Source: Lingula anatina
Lineage: Eukaryota; Animalia; Brachiopoda
Direction: 5' to 3'
NCBI GenBank assembly: GCA_051362555.1
Contig: CM120643.1
Coordinates: 13,180,644-13,244,643, forward strand
Length of the DNA stretch: 64,000 nt
Part shown: positions 40,947-53,966 of the stretch, in pieces
Layout of the letters: each line of letters starts with the position of its first letter
How positions within the stretch are numbered: position 1 is the stretch's first letter
Notes under the pieces: generated by a model
Databases searched by the model: none
What the model was told of the DNA's origin: nothing
Seen by the model: only the letters and a program-made list of their open reading frames with translations
Made by a program: the position numbers and the translations under genes

Positions 40947-41873
40947 GAGGCCATAATAAATAGAACGAGCTTATATACAAGGTACATGTACCCACATACA
41001 TAACAAAAACTGAGGCAGGTGTTTTATTGAAGAATGTGTCAAAGACTACTGCACCGTCTCACGTGAAGCACGTTTCCAGTAAGAGGGCATAACATGAAAT
41101 CAATGGCCGTTGCTGTGTGCATCTACTTTTTTGACATGTTAATGAAATCAGCGGCAATGATTTTTTATCGTGATGAATTATTATCAACTATATCCTGACT
41201 CATTATTCCGTGTGCGTCATTTTAACGACTCGTTGTGCGGCACGGAAATCTGAAGCAACTTGTGCAACGTTTTAGCGTCTCATTTCCCTTGCGTCTGTTC
41301 TGTGCTTTCGAAGTCTTTTTAGTCCTTGACTGTTGGGCATGCTTTCATCACGAGACATTTAAACTGTACTTATTGATTCATAGATTGATTGGCAAGTGAC
41401 GATTGATATGGTTGTAGATCCAAGGACGTAGTTTCCTGTTCTTCAAATCATTATCTAACTCCTTTGCGTCTTTGTTCATTATAGTGACACGCTTCCTACC
41501 CAGTGCTATTTGATTGCTTCTAGAGTGTAACATGATGTAGATATTTCAGTAATTGCTTGGTGCCTTAGTTGCAGACTTTGGGTTATATAAGCGATTAAAA
41601 GGGCGTTCGGAAATTATTATTTTATCATTCTATCAGTCGATAGATAAACCATGTGGAAATCTGAAGCAGCCTGTGCATCGTTATAGCGATTTCATTTCCC
41701 TTCCGCGTTTTTCTCTTCCGCGTGGGACGTCCATTGACAGCGATTTCTTTTTGGTGCCGAATTAATTTTTTTTGGAGACTGTCTCACCAAACAATTCAAT
41801 GCTAAATCTATTGTTCTTGTGAGATACATGGAAGCTTGGAAAGTCTTGATAATTTTTATCAACTGTTTTCTAG

Positions 41874-42066
41874 AATCGCCTTGAAGAAGAAGAAGAATCC
41901 ACCCCGGACGCTTACGTCATAGTTTACTCCGTGGCCGACCGTTCGTCTTTCCAGTACGCCTGCGACGTGCTGTACAGCCTAAGAAAAGAAAACCATTTTC
42001 AAAAGGCCATAATTCTCGTCGGCAACAAGAGCGATCTCGCTCGTGCGAGAGTTGTCTCCACAGAAG
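41874..42066 (+). CDS. RGK: RGK-family GTPase, coding exon 3
   Basis: Acceptor ttttctAG| and donor AAG|GTGAGT. It is 193 nt, phase 0 to 1, and encodes NRLEEEEESTPDAYVIVYSVADRSSF...AIILVGNKSDLARARVVSTE (G4 motif NKSD). Confidence 0.93.
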
Positions 42067-42111
42067 GTGAGTTATTCATCTTTGGTTTCCATTTGTTTCA
42101 TTTTTGTTTTA

Positions 42112-42803
42112 TGCCCCTATTTCACACAGACCACGAATCCCACGAATCGCCAGGAATTAACAAATTTCAGGATTCGTGAGATTTTGCAAATTTTCTGGCC
42201 TAATTCGATACGCTCTACAATTCAGTTACGATACAGGTGCGATAGCGTTCCGAATATTCGTGAGATTCGGCTGAAATCGCACGAATATTGTCAAGAATTC
42301 ACTACGATTTACAAGAATCTATTACGAATACTGCACGAACGTTACGAATCAATAAGGAATCAGTTAAGCATACGCCAAATGCATGCACGAATTGGGTACG
42401 AATAAAAGTGATTTCTGGACTATTCTTGACATTTCGTGGCATTTCCCCTCAAGAATGCTTCGGCGAATATTCGTGGGATTCGTGATTAATTCGGAGCCGA
42501 TTCGTGGTCAATCCAGGGATTCACGAATCCCCGAATGAGTTAAGAATACATACGAATGCCTACGAATCGAGTACGATTCAGTAACGATACCTAAGAATAA
42601 AATACGAATTTGCTACGAATTAATTACGATTTTTTGGAATCGGGAGTTCGTGGCCAGAATTTTGAACAGCTCAAAAATTTTGCCACGAATTCCCGATTGA
42701 TCAAGAATTGCAAGAACTGACTACGAATATATACGAATCTGTTAAGAACTTCACGAACTGATTACGATTCAACCACGAATCCTGAAATGTGTCAATTCCT
42801 GGC
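42112..42803. mobile_element. non-autonomous PIF/Harbinger-type element (~690 bp) in RGK intron 3, right TIR truncated
   Basis: The left TIR is near-identical to the 25737 copy and preceded by TTA. The interior is packed with ACGAAT/ATTCGT motifs. The right end stops at ...gtcaattcctggc. Confidence 0.88.
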
Positions 42804-45800
42804 TAACAGTTTTCAAAAGGTTTTTTCGTCTCATAAAACCATAATTTTACAAACTGTGGAAGCAATACCACTGCGGTTTTTGTATCCAGGCAATGATGTT
42901 TAATTAAAAAGGTATAAGATATCTACATTAGCGCAGACTCAAAAATTCTCGTATTACGCTCGATACAATCAACAGGCAAATTAAATCTTACACGTCAAGC
43001 AATCTAACGTTGTGCTGTACACTAACTCATGTACCATGTACACATTAACTTTATATAATGGATTTAAGAAGGTTATTAATCACAACAGCCGCGTTTAATA
43101 CTTGCTTCACATTTATTTCTTCACTTTGTTATCCAAGCCATTTTTTTTTTCGATTTTCAAGTAAGAAGTTAGAAAACGTAAACGAAACCTTCCAATCATA
43201 CTAGAAGCTTTAGTAATATCACTGTAAGATATTACACAAAGCAACATGGAAGCTTCATAATGCGGTTTAGACGGTGTATGCATTAGCTGTCCATAGCTAA
43301 GTAATGATACGGACGTTTCAATTGCAAAGCACACAGCTGGCAGACACAATGTAAATCATTTATTCCTCTTTAAGCGACGCCCAAGAGACATGCACAGCCT
43401 TTTCTCTATGCTGTCCAAGGGAAATCATGTTAGCAGAAGAAAATCAATGATTTTATCAGTAGTGTGGTGAAGAAATCACGACATAATGTTTTCGATGTTT
43501 TGCTTTTCTAATTGACAGTCTCATGTAAACGCAGAGTAAAATTACAGAGCAAAAAAAAAAAAAAAAAAAAAAAGCAACAGTGGCGCGCCTGCTTTAAAGT
43601 GACATTTTTCTTCATCAAAAACGAAAAAAAATGGAAGTTTGTGGCTGGTATAACACACTTGCATTCAAACAGAAAAGGGCAACGGTGTGTATTTCAATAA
43701 ATTTCAACATCGTGTGGTTATAGGCGCTTTTTGTGCTGTCGCCAACTTGTAGCTCGTAGAAAAACCGTGTGCACACATATTTAATTAATAATACATTTAG
43801 CATGCATGATCACATCTGTACAGAATATAAAACATATTTCTAATTTGTGTTCCCATTGCTCTTCAACACATATATTTGCACATCAACTAAAAGCTTGTAT
43901 AGAACAATTGAACATCACTTAAAAGCTTGTATATAGAACAATTGGAAAGCGACCCTCGCCTTGCATTAATCTGCTACTAAAGTACATGTATATGCCACAC
44001 TCTCTTAAGCTGAGTAGGATGCATTTAACAAACGAACGACTCACCGTGTGGGAAATTTTTCTGTTTTCATTTCTCAGAAAATAGAAGCATCAATTCAATT
44101 ACAATATGTGCCATTATATACGGCTAGATGACTCGAATTTAGACTGTAAACAAAAATTATGAACAACAGCATTAATTGTCTCTTGTCATAAAAGACGCCA
44201 TATCAGTCATTTCACTTTCACTTAATTAGCTGTACCGGTTATAGTTAATTATTATCTATATGCCCAGTACAGAATACGAAACGGACATTTTGAAACCATT
44301 TTCAGACTTCGTTGTCGCTACTTATGTCATTAAAGTACTAACTCTGATTGCATGTGGAAAAATAATTTTTTATTATCGACTATTAGGACAACGTACACTG
44401 TAGAACACTCTCGTTAACTGAGGAATATTTCTTTTGCTTGGAGTATTTTTATAACCACGTGCAGTAGAACACATGACGCCGATGAACAAGAAACGTCTTT
44501 CTATACAAAAGAGATAACACACACACTAGAACCTGCCACAGTATTGGAACACGTGTGGAAACACATGGGAACTGCATCCTCTTCCTCTCTTTATCTTGCT
44601 ACATGTGCCACCATATAACACCCTGTACACTCGGGGTCTCCGCTACACTTACTTCGAACGATTGCTTTCAACGAAACCTGTGCAATACCGCGGTTTACCG
44701 AGATAAATAGGGTACCAGATAACGGAACTGCGCCCAACAGGTGCGTGTCGTTTTAGATAAAATGGATAGTCCGACACTTCCCAAATTTAGAAATTTGATC
44801 TAATAAGCAGAGAGTAATCAATGGTTTTCTTGCAAGATAGATGTATTCATCCGGCCCCCAGGGGTTAATTGCAGGAACCCAGCTACAACCCTTGGTCCAC
44901 GTGGCATTTTGTACTGTCTAAAGCATGCAAAGTTATCATCACGTTGTTGATGTCAGAATCTGTTCTCCGCTTGTTTCCTCTTCCCTAGACAAAGAGATCG
45001 AACGTCGTATGAATATGTCAACAAAGACGTGGCATCGAGCACATGCAAGATGGTGATCATATTATCTTGCGGTAATTTTGAGACACCTTTGGCGCCTCCC
45101 TCGCCAGATTCCTTTAGGATTTCAATTAATTCGCAGCCAGGGCTTTTTTATTACGTTACACAGTAAGCGTAAATGTGAGAAGATAAAGGGCAAAGTTAAG
45201 ACGAACAGAAAAGCATTTGTAGTAAAAAAAGGCAGAAAGAAAAAAGGGGACTGTGAAACGGTAAGAGACGTCAAGAGTGGGCATAACCTCTTGCTTCTAC
45301 GTCTTTCGAATTTTGTGCTTTTCTTATTCGGTAAGGTTCCAAAGGTGCTTCGGTGATAGCAATGGGTTTAATTAATAACAGATAAAATCGCAACAAATCT
45401 CGTCAGTGCTAAGCTCTAATCATTCAAAGTAAAACAGATGGAGATCACCACAAATTGATTTGATTGTTGATTTGGATGGACAAGAGATAAACTAAAGTTG
45501 TTAATATATCCGCTGTTTTTAGTTCCATCTATGGGGTCTAAAGCGCTACAATTACTGAAGCGTAAACACATCAAAGAAAAGATTGCTGTTTACGTAAGAA
45601 GTCTTTGACAGATCTCTGTTTTTGCTGCCAAAAGTATTCTACTTTTTACAGAATACGCATATACAATTGATCCATTTGACTAGATATCATCAGTGAGTTT
45701 AATTACGCATAATAATATGTAACTTTCACTCACTCGCAGATTTTGTTGAGTTTTATTGAAGATTGGGTTCGAATTTTTTCCTGGTTGTCTCCAACCAGCA

Positions 45801-48116
45801 CGTGTTCCAGTATGATTTTTGGTCATGTGGTTAGCATGATGCACGTGCTATCAACTCCCTGTGATATTTCAAAAAACGTTTTCTATAAGACAAACGCAGT
45901 AAACAGGTAAGATGATCTCAGAGAAAGTTGCCACCGTCTGAGATTACTTAACGTACCGGAAATCAATTTGAGCAAATCTGCAAACGTTAATTACGAGCTG
46001 ACACGAAAGTCGGACACAGTCTCGCATTACTGACAGGGAGGAGAAAAAATCTTTGATCTTGGGGGGAGGGGGGTTTGAAGGATCTAGGAAGCAAAACTGT
46101 TTTAAGACTCTTCTAAATAATTTTATTGTTGAATAGGTAAATCTGCCGTGAAACCCCGTGCTTTGTGATTGCTTTGTACTTTTTGAAAAATGAAACTAGA
46201 CTAGCTGGTTTAACGAAGCATGTATTTAACTGGCATATTGCGCTATAAATCAGGGTTGTAAGGGTTATGCAACCGATCAGAAAGCACAGCTGTAAAACCC
46301 TGAATGTTGAATTTGATGCCAACCCTCTTACTGATTTTTTGACAGACTCAATAATATCAACAATGTTTGTTTTGCCAAAGTAATTGAAGAGCTAGGAGGC
46401 AATCGCATCGAAATGGGGAAACAATTGCTGTTGAAATGTTGCTAAGCGGCGCCATCTCCCTGCTGAATGTCAGCCATATTGATATAAAGACACTCGGTTG
46501 TTATGTCAGTGTTTTGTAACAATTTCCACTTACCTGGGTATGGTATTGAATTCAGTCAATCTGACGGAACTCGCAATGTTATAGGCTTGCTTTGTCTGAT
46601 GGCAATTTTGACCGGAATAATTTTCAGGTTTGCCTAGTTGTTTTTGCCAAAATAAACGGAAATTATAGGCAACTTGAATAGAAACAAATTAGAAGAACGT
46701 GATTATGTTCTTCAGCGCCCACAATGGCCCAGGTTGACTACATTGTATCAGAGAGTCAATGTCGACGGGAACTCAGCAAGGGGTATTTTACAATCCGAAT
46801 GTCATACAACATGGTTAATCAGTTGAAAGCTTGTGACTAATTGTTCAATTTATACACCAATACCATCCTTCCATGGGAAATCGATACATTTCCAGTGCAT
46901 TCACACTGAACCCTTAGGAAATGAGCGACCAATACAATTTTTATTAATTGCCAATGACAACGTTAAAGCATTACAGAAGATTGCAATATAAAACCAAGGA
47001 AGGACTCAAAACAATGCCATTAATCAATATTAAAACCCCCAGAGCAGCCAAAGCACTATTTGTCCTCAAAGTCAGGTGAGGTAGAAAAACAAGGCTATCA
47101 TTATTTTGCGTTGTAAAAATGCACTTAACATCACCTGGTTCAGTGAAATTGCAGAATGAGCTTGTTTTTTTCCAAAACACAGGATGTACGCCTGATAGCA
47201 TATTAAACCACACCAAACAATATGCCCATAAAATGAGGACAGTTTAACTTGAAGTGTTGAAAACAATCGAAAATAAAAAGTGTTTTCGAATAAATGGGTT
47301 GTACAATGTCTAAATCTATACCCATGAATTATCCTAATTAATCTATTTCGGTGTTGACACATAGACGGTTTGCATACGAAATAAAATCGAAAACATGGGA
47401 GAAGAGAGTTTTTGTCTTTTTTTTACTTTCATTCCCTTTTCGTACATGTATATATGCTGCTTATATGTAATTAAAAGCTGTAACTCAAGGTGTTCAATTA
47501 TTGAATGAGCTTCCATCGACGTGGGTATTGGGTCTAGTGATCAATGTATTGTAACAGACCTCTTAGTATTGAAAAATTACTGAAATAGCCAGCTTCGTTG
47601 TATGATTATAAACTGGGGCCCAGATATGCCTTAGAACTTGTAGAAATGTTTTCGAGATTTTAAAATATATATTATAGTATAGTAGTGATACGGGCGTGTT
47701 GTACGTGGTAAAACCATTTAGAGCTGATTTAAAAAATGACAGTGCAGTCACACCGACTGCATTGTTACCCACTACATATCTACACAGCCTACACACACAG
47801 ATCCTGTTAAGAAACATCAGGCAATAGTAGCCACTGCAATTTGTTCTGGGTACCTAGAAACTGCTTTACGCACATAAATGACAGTATATGAAGTGCATTC
47901 GTTAAGTATGCCAATGAGATTAATGAGTAGCCGTCAACTTTAAAGCCTGTTGGTTCGATCGAGCCTGATACATTTTCACGGGGCAAAAAGCCTCGAAAAA
48001 TAACTGCATTTACAAATAGTCTTGTGGTCACTATCTGTTATTAATTACAAAACTAAATCTAAGCACTATAAAAATTGGTTCCGTTCTCATGTTTTTATCT
48101 GTTTGTCTACTTTCAG

Positions 48117-48388
48117 AGGGCCATAACGTTGCGGTGTCGTATGACTGTAAATTCGTGGAGACGTCTGCCGTTTTAAACCACCAAGTTGACGAACTATTAG
48201 CGGGGGTTATTCGACAAATTAAACTTAAAGAACAACAGGTAATCTCGGACAACTCGAGCCCAGTGAACCAAGCTTACGGCAAAGACAGACGATCAAGCTT
48301 ATCTAAATCAGCAAAAAATTTATTTGATAAACTTTTAAAGAGAAACTCATCGATAAGTAGTTCTGCCGGCGACCTGTATTCGCCCTGA
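48117..48388 (+). CDS. RGK: RGK-family GTPase, coding exon 4 (terminal)
   Basis: Acceptor ctactttcAG|, 272 nt. It encodes EGHNVAVSYDCKFVETSAVLNHQVDELLAGVIRQIKLK (G5 motif ETSA), a basic amphipathic AKNLFDKLLKR segment and the tail SSSAGDLYSP*. The joined CDS is 1218 nt = 405 aa + stop. Confidence 0.94.
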
Positions 48389-51105
48389 TATGCCAAAATG
48401 AAAACCAAAGATACATGTAAGTCCAATCAACCATCGACTGAAATGAGCGTTGATGCTCATCAAGATAAAGTCCATGCCCATCGCTTTGGCACCGGTATGC
48501 CATAAACAGCGTCATCTACAAATGAGAAAAGCAAGATGCCAGATGGTGTATAATTAATGACTGCAGGGATAAGCTCTTAATGCTCAGTTGGCAATTATGA
48601 TCTTTCTAAGAGATCTATCAATAGCAGGAAATAATTGTTAATTGATGCTGATTTTTTTTTTTTTTTTTTGACATTTAGGATTTTAATTTGGCGCATGTGC
48701 TAATCATGTAGATAAAGCCTCCCATGATTCCTGAAAATTGCAAGATGGATTCGGATGCGTTACGCTGATGATTGCTTTCAATTATTTGAGTATTTTATGC
48801 TTAAATTACAATATTCTTTTAATAGGAACATTTTAGCTAACGTAATAACACTAATACATATAAGAAAAATACAGAAGCACGCTATGTGCACATGTAGCAG
48901 CCATGGTATTACTATTGATGGTTGATTTAGGAAGATAAAACAATTTTACAGTGGCTATGGCCTAAAGACATATTTTGTACATACGGCACTAAATCTATTA
49001 ATTTAAAAATAGGTTTACGCAAATATTGATATGAAGTCAATATTTTAATCAAGTTATTTAATAATCAGTTATTTTACATATGATAATATTTAATGTCTTT
49101 GTACATGTAGACGATTGCATCAGCACGAAAATTACAGAAAGTGCAATGGTATTATACCAAGCTTTGAATTACTGTGAACAAATTATCCCAAAGAACTGAT
49201 ATTTTTATATGTCCTATTGTAAGTGAAAAGAATGTGATTAGAACGCTAGATATTGAAACAAAGACCTACAAACAAAGAAACGTAAGTTTCTGAATAATGT
49301 TCAGAAGTATGAATTGAATGGCAGTCATGACAACAGACATGTGAAGGGAGTTAAATGGACACATACACGTACACCTTAATGTTTTCAGTATAAACTTTGT
49401 TTTTGTCTTGTAATAGTTAACTTTTTTGGAAACCGTATTCATGGATCTGGCATCAACTGTACTCAGTTGGTTCCTGATAAGACCTGAAAAAAAAAGATTT
49501 TACTTTATTTTCTTTAATATTAGTAAAGTTTATTATACTTTTGACGACAGAGGTCAATTATTTCATGTAAAATTCACATACATGTATATACAACCACTCC
49601 AGGGGGCCAAATTTAGAGGAGAAAGAAATAAGTGATAATGATGATAATGATAATGATAACAATCTATAATGTCAGTCATCCGAGATAGTCTAAAAATCCT
49701 GGGCTTACCGTAAAACCAAACAAGATTTCGTGGGATTTAAATGAGTAGTGGGGTCAGAAATATAAGCAGACTAGCGAGTGCGGTACGGCGACAGATAAAA
49801 ACTGGCAGAATTTATTCACGGATATTTGTCCTGTTGTTTTTTTCTAAGAATTATTACAGTCAGTTTTTAATTTAGATTTACAGTCAGTTTTATAGTAAGA
49901 ATTACAGTCAGTTTTGCGCCTTCTTTTCCGAGACGATATTCGCGGCGCATTAAGTTCCACTCTTATCGCTGAAAAAAAGCCCCACCTCGTACGTGTTATA
50001 TAGTTTCATATGACGCCGCACAAAGGAGCGACAGCCTTGTTTTAGGCTTTCTCAGATGATTTCCGTTACATTGATAGGCCCTACTAGTACTTCTGTTGTA
50101 AGGCCTTTCCTATAAGCATTACCTGCTTAATGTACCGTACAAAGTAACATCCACTCTTCAGTGTAGCAAATTTTAATTTGTCAAGGTTATTCCTCCACCA
50201 GTAAGTGTCTCTCAAAGTCACGTCAGTTACGGTCACATTCTGTGCAATATTTGCAAAATGTTGACTTGTCCCATTAAATTTGCCGTTTTATACAATTGTA
50301 CCTTCCGGCGTGGAATAGATTTAATAGATTTTTCAACAGTAAAAAAACGGGGATTAAAGTTTTGATAGATTAAATTATTTATACAGATATTAAATTTTGG
50401 AGTCACCGATGTGATGCAGAGCTTCAGTTACATTTTTGTGGAATGACCCGTCAAATGTCATGTCAACTGTGCGGTGAAGTATTACAGAGCGCTCTTAAAG
50501 GTGACAAAGCGGTTACCGTAAGCACTTGGTAAACAAAGATTCAAAGTCTAGAAACTTAATATAGAGATTTTAATTTGGTATCGTTCTAGAACATTGTCAG
50601 AATTAAGATATGAAGTACGGGTCGGGCGTGCAATGTGTTATTTTATCGAATGGCGTTTAAGGCATGCATCGAGCGTTACAAATTAACATATGTATATAAC
50701 ATTTAATAATTAAGGTAAATGGATATAATTTCCAACTTAACAGGTTTCCAAACAGTTATTGGTCATCGCCGAGCAGGAAATAGTTAAGTGATTGGTAATT
50801 TTTTATTCTCTATGCCTTAAATGCCATCGAAATCGGAAATTGGTTTTAACTCGGCTTTCTTTTAATCATCAATGCCCGTGTCCGGCATTGCTCAGATTGG
50901 TCAAAATTACCGGTGATTATGGGACCACAGACGTTAGTTTCTGATTTAATGTTTTGTACAAAAGATAATTATTTTTCTACAATTTTTCATCTGATTATTA
51001 TCTTTTTATCAATTTTGATATTTTGCATGGGGTATAAAGGAAGTACTAGTGTGATTGCTTATTATGTTTTAACTGTGAGGCGTGATACGCCCACTGCTTA
51101 AGGGA

Positions 51106-51295
51106 GCATTCAGATGCAGACATCTGGGTCGAACCTACTCTGCCGGGATAAGCCGAACGCACACGAAAGTTTATTATCCCCTAGCTGCTCTAAGAGGCGT
51201 GTCAGACAATTAAGCTTATTACAATGATTGCACTCTAGAGAGCTTCCCCGCAGAGTTGGATCGATCCAGTTGGTACGATGTCTGAATCTGAATGC
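51106..51295. mobile_element. hairpin MITE (GATCGATC family) in the putative RGK 3' UTR
   Basis: TIRs gcattcagatgcagacatc / gatgtctgaatctgaatgc (1 mismatch in 19). The internal ccccgcagagttggatcgatc is shared with ~38275 and ~31083. Confidence 0.75.
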
Positions 51296-51408
51296 GGTCT
51301 TAGAGTCCATTACATCCGAAGTCTCCGTTATAAAAAATATTTTATAAAAGAAATTTGATTATTGCTATGACGTTAAAGGTCAACATGGTGTTGTTTCATA
51401 CATACATC

Positions 51409-51450
51409 AATAAAAGAATATTGTTTCTTCGTTACATTTCTTGTGTATGT
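51409..51450 (+). terminator. candidate polyadenylation signal for RGK
   Basis: AATAAA at 51409-51414 followed by a GT/T-rich tract (ttgtttcttcgttacatttcttgtgtatgt). It would imply a ~3-kb 3' UTR. Confidence 0.4.
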
Positions 51451-52289
51451 TTCTATTGCGCATGCGTTGTAAACTTTGTCCCATAGACTGTACTTCCATA
51501 CAGCCGAAATATTGCCCTTGATATGCATTTTTGGCAGCAACTATCAGATTTGAAGTTAAATACTGTTAAAATGTGATGTTTCACACGATGCTCACACTAG
51601 TAATGTTGAGAGATTTTCTTTTGTTTTTTCAACTTCTTACACACTGAACTAAAATTACAGATTGATACACAAAAAGTGTTCGAGTGCAATTGTTTGAAGG
51701 AATTGGAAAGGCGAAGTTGATATTGGGCTTCTTGATAAAAGTGTCCAAAACCTAACCAAATCTGTTTAAAAATCGCGTTCAAATTTCGTACTTGGGGTCA
51801 ATAATACGCCTACTTTACCTTAGAGTATCCAACAACGAGGAAAGATAAGGGTTATTTATTACTTCCGAGAGTCACCACGGCTATCAAATTTATGTGAAGA
51901 TTATACATATTATAAGGTAATAGCAAACTAATTCTTAGACAAAATAAAGCTTATAAATTTGACACTTTTTATGCTTCCCTTTTATGCTTTTTATGCTTCC
52001 CTTTTTTTATCCATTCTGAAATTTTCCTCAAAATTCGTCCATAATGTTTTCAGTTAGACTGTTAGCTAATAAACCAACAAAAATAAGACATAACTTCCTT
52101 GGCGGAGGCAACGGCTATATTTTATGGATCTATGCAATTTTCATACTTCACTGGAATAGTTTTCACAAGAGATAATATAAAATTAAACGTCCTGTTCACG
52201 CCTCTGTAACATAATCACTGACTGTGAACTCAAGAACATAACCCCAGCGGGCACTCAACGTTGATTCAACATTGAGGATAGGTTGAGAT

Positions 52290-52700
52290 GATGTTGATCC
52301 ATCAATATTGATAGATCAACAAGATCTCAACATTGATTTAACCTTTCTTTGTCAATCAATTTTCAATGTTGATAGATCAACAGGATTTCAACATTGAATC
52401 AACCTTTTCTTGTCAACCAATTGTCAATGTTGATAGATCAACAGGGTCTCAACATTGATTTTACCTTTCTTTGTCAATCAATTTTCAATGTTGATAGATC
52501 AACAGGATTTCAACATTAAATCAACCTTTTCTTGTCAACCAATTATCAATGTTGATAGATCAACAGGGTCTCAACATTGATTTTACCTTTCTTTGTCAAT
52601 CAGTTTTCAATGTTGATAGATCAACAGGATTTCAACATTGAATCAACCTGTGTCTGTAAACCCTTTGTCAATGTTGACATATCAACTGGATCTCAACATT
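52290..52700. repeat. 61-bp tandem repeat x ~7 with alternating A/B variants (122-bp higher-order repeat)
   Basis: gatagatcaac recurs at 52310, 52371, 52432, 52493, 52554 and 52615, with a variant at 52676. Confidence 0.93.
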
Positions 52701-53298
52701 GGGCCAACCTTAACTTTATAACCTTAATCATAACCTTGATAATAGTTTTAAATGATTATCTCACTAGAGAGGTATGCATGGGGGTAATTACCCCTCATAA
52801 AACGCTTGTTTAACCCCTTTTTCATTAAAATTAATTTTGTGAAAAAAGCGGTCGTCAGTTTTTTTAAAACTTTCCACAGGTTATCTTTAAGAAAAAGAAA
52901 AAAACATAGGGTCACCAGCCTTACTTTATGGCAAATTGACAAAATTTTACTCAAGGTTGAAGAAAAAGCTTGAAAAAGCCAAAAATGCCTGTTTTTCTGG
53001 AAATTTAAGTTAGCTGTGAGAAAAAAATTAGACTGGTGACCCTTTGTTTTTGTATTCTTAAAATTATCTTAACTACCTGATGTGACGTTATAATTATTTT
53101 AGTAAAGCTAATTTGTTGTTTAATTTTTATGAGTAATTACCGTATGTGCCTGCATACTTGTATAATGTAAATGAAGTGCGGGACTGTTATTAAGTGCGAG
53201 ACTCCGGATAACATGAACTGATGCAACACGCGAGTGTGGACAGTGTGTAACACTTTTACAGTACAAAAACTGTACTTTATTAACAGTACTTTGTGAGG

Positions 53299-53500
53299 CC
53301 ACACTATCAGGAGGATCGTTCAACAGATAAGGACAAGGAAAACGGTGACATTGCGTCTTCAAAACCCCACAGTATCAGGAGGATCGTTCAACAGATAAGG
53401 ACATGGAAAACCGTGACATTGCGTCTTCAAAACCCCACACTATCAGGAGGAACGTTTAACAGAAAAGGACTCGTAAAACTGTGACATTGCGTCTTCAAAA
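53299..53500. repeat. 68-bp tandem repeat x3 inside the CMC-like element
   Basis: ccaca[c/g]tatcaggagga...gtgacattgcgtcttcaaaa starts at 53299, 53367 and 53435. Confidence 0.93.
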
Positions 53501-53966
53501 CTTAACTGTCTACGAATCTGTTAGAATTTAACTGTATTGAACAAATGTTAAAGTTTATGCAACATGATAGTATTACATGTAGTTAGTTTATGTAGTGTAT
53601 GTTCATTGTTTGTAATATATTATATTCATAGTTAAGTTAGTTGTTGTTTGTGATTTTTTATGTTCGGGCTGTTTTGGTCCGTAACACTGAGCATCAAACT
53701 GGAAAGTTTAAAAAGAATCTGACGACCCATAGATGGATACAGGGGCCGGTCCCGGGGTCTGGACCCCCCCCCCTTTTCTTCCGAAATTACCTTTTTTTGT
53801 AGGTAATTTTCCTAATTTCCCCCCCTTTTCAGATCTGAGTCTTTTTATTTCAAGAAATGCTTGATATCTTGGAGAACACCTTCAGCCATCAGGCAAATTT
53901 CAATCAAATATCCTGATAGCCTAATTGATATATCAATGTTAATTTAATTTTGAAATTCAACTTTAT

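Noticed and set aside
42043-42485. 120-aa and 65-aa ORFs overlapping intron 3
   Set aside because: They lie in the motif-rich non-autonomous element and lack transposase features.
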